Shown: in pieces, positions 53,091 to 64,000 of the stretch | Position numbering within the stretch: position 1 is the first letter of the stretch | How the letters are laid out: every line of letters starts with the position of its first letter | NCBI GenBank assembly: GCA_051294375.1 | Contig: CM119265.1 | Location: 25,033,256-25,097,255 of the forward strand | Length of the DNA stretch: 64,000 nucleotides | DNA from: Paraspadella gotoi | Lineage: Eukaryota; Animalia; Chaetognatha | Direction of reading: 5' to 3' | Position numbers and translations under genes: made by a program | The notes under the pieces: model-generated | What the model saw: the letters and a program-made list of their open reading frames with translations, nothing else | Database searches by the model: none | Told to the model about the DNA's origin: nothing

Positions 53091-53268
53091 TCTCTCTCTT
53101 CTCTCTCTCTCTCTCTCTCCTCTTCTTCTCTCTCTCTCTCTCTCTTACTCTCTCTCTCTATCTCTCTCTCCTTCTCTCTCACCTTTGTAAATCCTTCCAA
53201 CCCCCTTGAAGGTCCATTTGGTCCATTTGGTCAGTTCTTTTTTTTGGGGGGGTTCCCTGAGGTCTCTC

Positions 53269-53300
<32 letters not shown>

Positions 53301-53330
53301 CTCTCATCTCTCTCACCCTTTCTCCCTTTC
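52700..53330. repeat. Compound tandem array, three units of (CT)n plus conserved ~95-bp spacer
   Basis: cacctttgtaaaatccttcccaaaccccctgaag...catttggtcc...cctgagg near 52766, 52960 and 53180. Confidence 0.85.
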
Positions 53331-53370
53331 TCTCATCGGGCTGGANNNNNNNNNNNNNNNNNNNNNNNNN

Positions 53371-53387
53371 AAAAACTAAAAAAAAAG

Positions 53388-53433
<46 letters not shown>

Positions 53434-53643
53434 GGAAAAAAGAAAAAAGAAAGAGAAAAAAAAAAAAGGAAAAAAAAAAAAAAGGGAAAAAAAAAAAAAA
53501 AAAAAGGAAAAAAAAGAAAATAAAAGGAGAAAAAAAAAGAAAAAAAAAAAAAAAAAAAGAAAAAAAAAAGTATAAAAAAAAGGAAAAGAAAAAAAAAAAA
53601 AAAAGAAAAAAAAGAAGAAGGAAAAAAGAAGAAAAAAAAATAG

Positions 53644-53692
<49 letters not shown>

Positions 53693-53812
53693 GAAAAAAA
53701 AAAAAAAAAAAGAAAAAGAAAAAAAAAGAGAAAAAAAAATAAAAAAAAAAAAAAAGAAAAAAAAAAAAAAAGAAAAAAATGAGGAAAAGAAGAAAGAAAA
53801 AAGGAAAGAAAG

Positions 53813-53844
<32 letters not shown>

Positions 53845-53862
53845 AAAAAAAGAGAAAAAAAG

Positions 53863-53915
<53 letters not shown>

Positions 53916-54142
53916 AAAAAAGATAAAAAAAAAAAAAAAATAAAAAAAAAAAAAAAAAGAGAAGAAAAAAAAAAAAAGAGAAAAAAAGAAAAAAAAAAAA
54001 AAAAAGAAGAAGAAAAAAAGAGAAAAAAAAGAAAAAAAGGAGAAAAAAAAAGAAAAGAAAAAGAAAGAAAAAAAAAAAAAAAAAAAAAAAGTAAAAGAGA
54101 CATAAGAAAAAAAAAAAAGAGAAAAAGAGAGAGAAATAAAGG

Positions 54143-54207
<65 letters not shown>

Positions 54208-54213
54208 TAAAAA

Positions 54214-54246
<33 letters not shown>

Positions 54247-54629
54247 AAAAAAAAAAAAAAAAAAAGAAGAAATAGAAAAAAAAGAAAAAATAAAAAAGAG
54301 AAAAAAAGAAAGAAGAAAAAAAAAAAAAAAAAGAAAAAAGAAAAAAAAAAAAGAAAAAAAAAAAAAAGAGAAAAAAAAAAAAAGAAAGAAAAAAAAAGAG
54401 AAGAGAAAAAAAAAAAAGAAAAAAAAAAAAAAAAAAAAAAAAAAGAAAAAAAAAAGAGAAAAAAAAAGAAAAAAGAAGAAAGAAAGAAAAAAAAAAAGAA
54501 AGAAAAAAAAAAAGAAGAAAAAAAAAAAAACAAAAAAAAAAAAAAGAAAAAAAAAAAAGAAAGAAAAAAAAAAAAGAGAAAAAAAAAAAAGGAAAAAAAA
54601 AAAAAAAAAAAAACAAAAAGGGAAAGAGA

Positions 54630-54660
<31 letters not shown>

Positions 54661-54786
54661 AGAAGAAAAAAAAAAAAAAAAGGAAGAAAAGAGAACAAAA
54701 AAAAAAAAAAAACTGAGAAGGCAAAAAAAAAGAGAAAAAGAAAAAAGAAAGGAAGAAAGAAAAAAAAAAAAAAAAAAAACAAAAGA

Positions 54787-54818
<32 letters not shown>

Positions 54819-54989
54819 AAGAAAAAAAAAAAGAAAAAAAAAAGAAGAAGAAGAGACAAAAAGAGAAAAGAAAAGAAAAAAAGAAAAAAAAAAAGAAAAA
54901 AAAAAAAAGAAAAAAAAAAAAAAAAAAAAAAAAAATAGAAAAGAAGAAGAAAAAAAAGAAAAAAATAAAAAAAAAAAAAAAAAAAGGAG

Positions 54990-55020
<31 letters not shown>

Positions 55021-55330
55021 GAAAGAAGAAAAAAAAAAAAAAAAAAAAAAGAAAAAAAAAAGAGAAGAAAAAAGAAAAAAAAAAAAAAAAATAAAAAGAA
55101 GAAAAGAGAAGAAAGAGAAAGGAAAAAAAAAAAAAGAAAAAGAAAAAAAAAAAATAAAAAAAAAAAAGGAAAAAGAAGAAAAAGAAAAAAAACAAAGAAA
55201 AAAAAAGAATAAGAAGAAAAAAAAGAAGAAAAAAAAAAAAAAGAAAGAAAAAAAAAAAAAAAAAAAAAAAAAAGAAAAGAAAAAAAAAAAAAAAAAAAAA
55301 AAAGGAAAAAAAAAAAAGAGAAAGAAAAAA

Positions 55331-55372
<42 letters not shown>

Positions 55373-55385
55373 AAAAGAAAAAAAG

Positions 55386-55429
<44 letters not shown>

Positions 55430-55475
55430 AAGAAGAAAAAGAAAAAAAAAAAAGAAAAAAGAAAAAAGAGAAAAG

Positions 55476-55516
<41 letters not shown>

Positions 55517-55570
55517 GAAAAAAAAAAAAAAAAAAAGGAAAAAAAAAGAAAAAAAAAAAAAAAAAGAAAG

Positions 55571-55617
<47 letters not shown>

Positions 55618-55758
55618 AAAAAAAAAAAAAAAAAAATAGAAAAGAAAAAAAAAAAAAAAAGAAAAGAAAAGGAGAAAAAAAAGAAAAAAAAAAAGAAAGA
55701 AGAAAGAGAAGAAAAAAAAAAAAAAAAAAAAAAAAAGGAAAAAAAAAAGAAGAGAAAG

Positions 55759-55790
<32 letters not shown>

Positions 55791-55853
55791 AAAAAAAAAG
55801 TGGAAAGAAAAAGAGAGAAAAAAAAGAAAAAAAAGAAGAAAAAAAAGAAAAAG

Positions 55854-55893
<40 letters not shown>

Positions 55894-56372
55894 AAAGAAG
55901 AGATAAGAAAAAAAAAAAAGAAAAAGAAAAAAAAAAGAAAAAAAGAAAAAGAAAAAAGATAAAAAAAAGAAGAAAAAAAAAAAAAAAAGATAAAATAAAA
56001 AAAAAGAAAAAAAAAGAAAAAAAAAAGGAGAAAAAAGAAAAAAGAAAAAAAAAAAAAGAAAAAAAAAAAAAAAGAAAAAAAACAAAAAAAAAAAAAGAAA
56101 AAGAAAAAAAAGAGAAAAAGGAAAAAAAAAAATAAGAAAAAAAAACAGAGAAAAAAAAAAGAAAAAAAAAAAAAAAAAAAAAAAAGAAAGAAAAAGAAAA
56201 AAAAAAAAAAGGAAAGAAAAAAAAAAAGGAAAGAAGAAACAAAAAAAAAGAAAAAAGAAAAAAAAAAAAAAGAAAGAAAAAAAAAAAAAAAAAAAACAAA
56301 AAAGAAAAAAAAAAGAAAAAAAGGAAAAAAAGAAAAAAAAAAAAAAAAAAAAAAAAAAGGAAAAAAAAAAAA

Positions 56373-56410
<38 letters not shown>

Positions 56411-56505
56411 AGAAAAAAAAAAAAAGAAGAAAAAAAAAGAAGAAGGAAAGAAAAAAATGTGAGGAAAAAAAAAAAGAAAAAGAAAAATAAGGAAAAAAAA
56501 AGAAA

Positions 56506-56549
<44 letters not shown>

Positions 56550-56704
56550 GAAAAAAAGAACAAAAAAAGAAAAAATAAAAAAAAAAAAAAAAAGAAAAAA
56601 AAAAAAAGAAGATAAAGAAAAAAAAAAAAAAAAAAGAGGAGAGAAAAAACAAAGAGAAAAGAAGAGAAAAAAAAAAAAAAAAAAAACAAAAGGAAAAAAA
56701 AAAG

Positions 56705-56736
<32 letters not shown>

Positions 56737-56779
56737 AGGAAAGAAAAGAAAAAAAAACAAAAAAAGAAAAAAAAAAGAA

Positions 56780-56819
<40 letters not shown>

Positions 56820-56859
56820 AAAAAAGAAAAAAAAAAGGAGAAAAAAAAAAGAAAGAAGG

Positions 56860-56926
<67 letters not shown>

Positions 56927-56947
56927 CAAAAGAGAGATAGAAAAAGA

Positions 56948-56978
<31 letters not shown>

Positions 56979-57286
56979 GAAGAAGAAAAAAGAAAAACAA
57001 AACAAAAAAAAAAAGAAGGAGAAAACAAAAAAAAAAAGGAGAAGAAAAAAAGAAAAAAAAAAAAAAGGAAAAGAAAAAAAATAAAAAGAGACAAGGAAAA
57101 AAAAAAAAAAAAAATAAAAAATAAGAAAAAAAAAAAAAAGGGAAAAAAAAAAAAAAAAAAAAAAATAAAAAAAAGAAAAAGAAACAAAAAAAAAAAAAAA
57201 GAAAAAAAAAAAAAAAAAAAAAAAAATAAAAATAAAAAAAAAGAAAAAAGAAGAAAAAAGAAGAAAAAAAAAAAAAAAATAGAAAG

Positions 57287-57319
<33 letters not shown>

Positions 57320-57420
57320 ACAAGAAAAAAAAAAAAAGAGAAAAGGAAAAAAAAAAAAAAAAAAAAAAAGAAAAAAAGGAAAAAGAAGAGAAGAAAAAAA
57401 AAAAAAAAGGAAAATAAACA
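53371..57420. repeat. About 4-kb poly-A-like low-complexity tract, probably a sequencing or gap-fill artefact
   Basis: Almost pure A with scattered G/T, no stable period, abuts an N gap. Confidence 0.8.
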
Positions 57421-57825
57421 ACGGAAGGGAAGAAAAGAATAAGAAAAGAAATGAGAAAAAGAAAAGAAAAGAAAAGAAAAGAAAGAAAAAAGAAAAGAAA
57501 AGAATAAGAAAAGAAAAGAAAAGAAAGAAAAGAAAGAAAGGAAGGAAAGGAAAGGAAAGGAAAGCAAGAAAGAAAGGAAAACGAAGAGCAAAGGTAAAGA
57601 AGGAAAGAAGGAAAGGAATGGAATGAAAGAAAAGAAAAGGAATTCTCGTTCAATGTTGTCCATTACTGACAAATTAAGGTTATCTTTGCGACCGAAAAAA
57701 AGAAAAAGAAAAAAAATAAACGAAAGATAAATATTGTCTCCTTCCAACTAAACGACACAGTATTTTCACGAGGAAGAACTTATTACTACCAAATCTATTT
57801 ATAATCATCTCGATCTTCCACTTTT

Positions 57826-59330
57826 CTATCGCATCTCGTCTTCTCCGTCGTTTCTTTCGATGAGTTTCATTCTCGCCATCGTCTCGTCGTGCAACGCCGT
57901 AACATACTTCTCCACTTGAATTGCCAAGGAATCAAAAATGCGAACATAGAATATTCATAAGTCAAGATACAGCATTACTAGTCTGCTCATTCGACTAGTT
58001 CCTCTCCGTTTCTTTATAAAATGTCTTTTCCTCTTTCTCATCCCCCTCGAGTTGTTTCTCCTCTTCCGGTCTGGCGATACTCAGACGCAGACGGCGTCTC
58101 CGCTTTTGACTTTCGAAAACATCGCCACATTAAGTCGCATAAAAACCGGCGCTCGTTCTCCGCCTATATAACGGAAGCTGCGCTCAGTTCCGACGGCGGA
58201 GCGGAAAGGGCGGTCATATAGTGGCTTGGGTGGTTCTAAGAAGGTTCACATTGTCTGTGGGTTGTCGTACTTGGAGAGTTCTCATTCCCGAGCGCCGAGG
58301 GTCGCGCTGATCTTGGGTTCTCAGCATCAGCTGCAGATTGAAAAACCAAACCGGCGACGATATTGCGGGCGCTGATTTGCGCGACAATTACAGAAAAGTC
58401 AACGGAAAGCAATGCCTGAGTGGATATCGACGGCCTGATTTGAACGCCGACAGAAAACGAAATATTTGAAATCAATTTGGGCCAGCATCTCACTCTCGGC
58501 AACGACGCAACGCTCTTCGTTTAAATTATCGCGAAATCACCAAATTCATTACGGTATAACATGACCTCCCCCAACATTCAAACTTCCTCTCCTGTTTTCC
58601 CACGCCCTGGACCTTCTCCCCGCCCCGCACTCTTACCCTCTCGTTCCCCGGCCTCGCTCTTCGCTAATGCCGAGCCGAAGCGAAACTCACCATTTCCGCG
58701 AAAGTCTTAAGCCTGCCTGACGAGCCACTTGCTTTCGACCGAAGAAGCGGGATCGGGAAAGGGTCAGGGAAGGAAATTAAAAAGGTGGGGACTAATGAGG
58801 ATTATATTAGATGAGTAAAATCTGAATAGGGAGGGATGCCTCGGGAGGCAGTGCGAGGAACAATAAAGACAGTGGGTGGTAGGATAGTGACAGGAAGACA
58901 TGAAGAGAAGGTAAAATATTGTAGATGATAAAGATTGAAGCCATCTTTCGAGAAAGCGCGCATTTCTAACTTAAATTTATAATTAAGTTGTTTGTTTTAT
59001 CTAGTTTAAAAATTAAGTTAGACTTAGGAGTTAAGGATAGAACCTGGGGTAAGGGATAGGAGCGGTGAATTAAAGATTAGGTTAAAATGAAATCTCAGGG
59101 ATTCAGACACAGAATGATATTCTTTCGGATAAAAGAAAGTAGGAGAGAAAACCGTCCCGCGAGTTCTTGATGCGCAGCGGAAGAGGAGGGGGAGGATCGA
59201 TTCAGACGAAGAACATTCCAGAAGATAAAATCCAATCGATTTTATTCGTCAACGGAATGGCGCGGCCAACCGCCGCCTCCCGCTTATTAGATTCAGAATC
59301 TCCCGCGAAGAGAGAGAGAGAGTAGGAGAG
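57826..59330 (-). other. Possible 3' exons of a membrane-protein gene in error-rich sequence
   Basis: Minus-strand terminal peptide VEKYVTALHDETMARMKLIERNDGEDEMR*, hydrophobic segments near 58400 and 59200, gtgag donor near 58687; frames broken. Confidence 0.25.
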
Positions 59331-62300
59331 AAAGTTTAACCGCGGAGACTTGCTCAAAAATTCACTTAGTCTGAAAAATTAAATTATGATTCGTTGAAGG
59401 AAACCGTTTCGGTGTCTTGGGAACTCATTGAGCAAATCAGGGATTGGACGGAAGTTACGACGTCGGCGATTCTGGTTGCTTTAGTTGAGCTGAATGGCTG
59501 GAGAAGTTAGGCGAGGGACTCGGTCAACCAAAATCGTATGAAACGACTTTGACCGCAGATTATTTATCAAAATGGAAAATGACACGCCTACAAAAAATAA
59601 TGATCGGGGGAGAGGGAAATGAGAGAGAAAGATAAAGGGATGTGATTGGTGATGATGATGATGATGATGATGAAGATGATGATGATGATGATGATGATAT
59701 GATATTTGACTAGAAACGAAGCAGAATTTTATATACGTAATTTCAAAGATTGATTATACGTTTTTCTAATGATATTGTAGCCCAACTCGATTTCCGTTTT
59801 TCGTCTCATATTTCATTAATTCATTTTTCTCATTCCAGTCTTAAAATTCGTCCATTCATCTTTTCCTTTGAACTTCATTCCTCACCAACGAAAACGAGCT
59901 CCACTGGACGCAGTCTCGCCGTTCCACCACTACCGAAATGACCATCACTCTTGACTTTGTACCCACAATCTCAGTGAAAAACTTCACTTTGTCTCCGTGA
60001 CGCGTTCACTGTCTCCGCGTTCATTCTTCTCTCCCTTGTAAACTTATGTCTCTCTCGGTTCTCAGTACTTTTCTACGTATTATCAAATTGATTTTTTCCT
60101 TTTGCTTATAAAACTAACCTTAATAGCTTTTCGTGCCTTTTTTTCGTTTATTTTTTATTTACCCGTTTGTATTCATATTCTTCCCAGGATCAGGTATCTT
60201 CTCTATCTTTTCTTTACTCCTGGTTTAACGAAGGGCAACGATTGAAGTTGGTAAATCAAAACATTAGCACCATTTCTTGATTTAAACGATTAAGTTACCA
60301 AATGTAAAAAAGTATTTTTGAACGGAAAATGACCAAAAAAGAATACCCATAAAAATACCATTTCACAAAACCCATCGGAATTAAATTTCTTACGTTCCAT
60401 CATAAGCACTGTGTAAAATGGTTATGAAGGAGGCGGACGGTGATAGGACGTTTTGTCACTTAGTACTAATACCTACGGTTACATAAAACCGTTGAACAGT
60501 TAACGGTATTAACGTTAAAAATAATTTTTACCTAACCGTTAATATATTTATGTTTAACGGTTAAATTCGGTTAATTTTTAATATGATTTTTCTTACTTTT
60601 GGCGGTATAAATCTTTGATTTTTTTAAGAAAAAATTTTTCTTGTCCTCTCTTATTTCCTATGCTTATGAAAAAATAAAAACAAAAAACAAGCGTGCAAGA
60701 AAACTAACATCAAGAAAAGATAATGAAGAGATAAACTGAAGAAAAGAGAAATGAGAGAGAAAGAAAAAGAGACAAAACATAAGAATTTAGAATTACATTT
60801 GGCTTTTTCTTTCTTTGGTCCTTTTAGTATATTTAATGCTAGTTTGATTGTAAAATAAAAAGTTTTTGTATAGTAAGATCTTATCCGATGCATTATCTGA
60901 TTAGCTAAATTAATAGTAGATTCAAAATAGTTTGCTCGTAAAATTCAATTTTAATTTTACTAATCAAAATATTGTTACCAGTTATCTTAAATAGAAGATA
61001 AAAAAATGATCAGGAGCAAGAGTTAAAGATAAAATACCATAAATACTTTAGTTATGTAATTAGATAATAGTGTGAAGTAAAGTAAATTATAAAATTACCG
61101 ATTTAACGGTTTTAACCGGTGTAGGATAGATTGAGTGTAGTTAACGGTAGTATGGAATGGTTTTCTAAAATTAACGTTATCGGAAACCTACGATACATAA
61201 AACTCGGGACGAAAAGATACTAGGACGACGAACTCGTTGGTGTGAGTCGACCTCATGGGTATTATGCATGACACCAAGATTAGATTAAGAGATTAAATAT
61301 AATGTTCTCTCTTCTTCATTGGTTAAATGGTAGCCCTCTAGTCTCAGCATCTACGCGTCAAAATTTTATTATCGAAGATTAGGGAGGAAAAAAGGCCCCG
61401 ATTTTTCCATCTTTCCTATCTCCGGATGTTTTTTCCTGCGTGAACCTCTCATGGCTCGTCGGGACTCGGCTCAAGTGGTGTGTACGGTGAATGAAGCAGA
61501 GACTTGACTCCTGGATGAGAATTTTTTTGTTTTTAGTCTTTTTTAGGAGCTGCAGTTATGAGAGTAGGTTTATGTAAGAAGTATTATAAAAGTAGTTAAG
61601 ATTATATGAACGAAGAAGTGGGAGATATTCGCGTGTCTGTAGAGAGAAGAGAGAAAGTCGTAGCGTATTGCGAGTATATGTGTTGTTGCCCTGCTTTTTT
61701 GGTGTGGTGCAGTGACGAAAGTGTGGCACAGGTAGGTTTGTAGAAACTTGATTAGATATGAGATTGTTGTCGGAGTAGCAGTAGCGTTTTTAGTATTCTG
61801 TAATAGGATTGCCGGACAATATAATCCATATATAGTTATATAGTATTTCAAAGCCATTGTTGAAACGATTATCTCCTGGCGTAGGGCGGGATTTCCGTGT
61901 GAAATTCTGTTTTCGTGTTGACTGTAAGATGATCTAATGGAAATTTTAGAGATGTTGATGTTCAATGTTCACTACCGTAAGACAATCGGATATTTAATGT
62001 TTCTATGCATAATAGACTTTGAGTAATGGTCCTGGTACTAATATTGAGCTACTTAAAACCGGCCTTCTACTCAATAAATGGTCCGTCATGTGCTAATTTT
62101 ACAATATTGCACGCTGATCCCAGACTAAAATATATAATAAGTTATTAGTTTATTTGAATTCTCGTCTAACGCTTGGGTTAGATTCCGTGGTTGTGGTTAA
62201 CAAAAAAATGGTAAAGGTCTATATGAAAGCATATAGCCAGTATATAACATGTATAAGTACATTTAATGAATTATGTCAAAGTTTAGCTGTCCTTCGTCTA

Positions 62301-64000
62301 GTGCTGGTGGTAAAAAGTAAAAAACTTATCACAAAACATATAATTAGTTTAGTGTCTGCAAGGCGGCTAAAGCTATTTCACTTGTTAAAATTATTCTCAT
62401 AAAAGTTCCCTAACCAAACTTTTAGAGGAGGCTTTAATTTGCACTGAAGACACGTTAACTTACCATGTTATTTTACATTATGAAGTCCACGATTGAACTT
62501 TCCAAATCTGCCGAACAAAGGCTAGTTTTCACGTGTTCAGTCTTGTAAATATTTTTTATTGCAGGTCTGTTCACAGAAAATGCGCTTTTCTTTCGCTCTT
62601 CGTCGCCTCGATTTTTGTATCGAAATTTTACACGTTTTTTAAATTCTTCACCTAATCAGTCTAATGTCGCGATCTAGGTCCTCGTTTAAAACCGAATACT
62701 CGGTTTGCGTGTTTTCAAAATCATCTGCGGGCGGAACTGTTTCCTCAAATGTTTTGTATCTTGCAAAAATTTATGCGTGTTCCTTCGAAACTTTTTTTTG
62801 AATTCGAATAGAAGGTAAGAAATGCAAAGCGGAGGGGAGAAAAGAAGATAAGGAAAAAAAAGGAAAAAAGAATATTGAAGAAAAAAAGAAAAAAAAAGGA
62901 TAAAAAGGAAAGTCAAAAAAAGAAAATTAGGTAGAGAAAAAAGAAACAAAAAAAGAAAAAGAAATAAATATTGACCAAAGAACACAAAACGAGGGAAGAA
63001 AAAAAATGGCGGAAAATCTTATTAGCTAAAGAGGAGAAAAAGGATTTCTCATTGTTTTTACCTTCTTAACGGATCTGAGGGATGTAAAATATTAAAGATT
63101 TAATATTAATATTAAATCTTTAGGCGAGTAGAATAACAATTTATCAAGGCTTATTCAGAATACAATATGCAAATGAAAAAATCCACAAATTAATCAGCTA
63201 CATTGTTTTAACTATTTTACAAAACAATAGTTTTAATCGAAACGATAATGATAACAATAACATTTTCGATTTAACCATAAAAAGCGATAACAATAACAAT
63301 ATCTGTCCTCAACATCCAAACTATTTATCGAGTTCACGGCTGAAAAATCATCACCGTAACAATAAAACGTTAACGTTAATGAGTAGGAAATCAGCCCAAA
63401 ATAATCTCTATAACTAAAACCTAACGATGTTGACATAAAGACGCAGCTTCGCTCGCGACGAGAAGCAGTTAAAGATTCGATGTCCCATAAAAGTGAAAGG
63501 GCTTCCGAGTTGAAGGGGGAAAAAAGGTGAGAGGACATAAACACGGAAGGAGAAAGGAAATGAAAGGAGGAAAGGAGAGGAGAGAGGGAGGAAAGATAGG
63601 GAGAGACAGAGGAGAAAGGAGAAGGAGAAAAGGAGAAGGGGAGGAATAGGGGTAGAAGGAGAGGGAGGAAATAGAGAGGAGAGAGAGAAAAGATAGGGAG
63701 AGACAGAGAAGAAAGAAGGAGATAAGTAGAAAAGGAGGAAGAGGAAGGAAATAGAGGAAAGGAAAGGAAAGGCTTTCAGCGAAAGAATGAGAAAGAGATA
63801 ACTTGAAAATAAAAAGAATTTTGAATTCACAAATAAGAAAAAATAACAGAGAAAGTGGATAAAGAAAGAAAAATAAAAAGAGATATTTGTGAATAAAATA
63901 AAAGTGACGAATTAAAGTCGACAGGAGTAAACGATGAGAGGGGAAAAAAGAGAGGTGAAAAAAATAGAAGAAAAAGAAAAAAAAAGGATAGTTAAAGGTT

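Noticed and set aside
53010-57747. Poly-Phe/poly-Lys ORFs of more than 1300 aa
   Set aside because: Poly-A low-complexity tract next to a gap, probably artefactual

Overview
Eukaryotic (metazoan, probably invertebrate) draft-assembly DNA with GT-AG introns, GC-rich exons, many (GA/CT)n microsatellites, N gaps and stretches that look like uncorrected long-read sequence (about 2.9-12.5 kb, 53.4-57.4 kb). The main locus is at 28.2-38.6 kb (+). Seven exons encode an IRE1/RNase L-type protein kinase plus KEN ribonuclease domain, with no luminal/TM or ankyrin sensor in front. Eight further exons encode a Pro-rich linker and three tandem SH3-SH2 pairs. Splice phases allow one ~1150-aa kinase-RNase-(SH3-SH2)x3 protein, but a two-gene reading is also possible because an N gap precedes the joining acceptor. 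Five antisense tRNA-Pro genes sit in kinase intron 2, and an antisense six-finger C2H2 gene lies between the two halves. Also present: a two-exon XK-related membrane protein gene, an M13 (neprilysin-like) exon, a tRNA-derived SINE-like repeat, a second dispersed repeat and compound microsatellite-spacer arrays. Domain calls come from motif recognition by eye; no database search was run.
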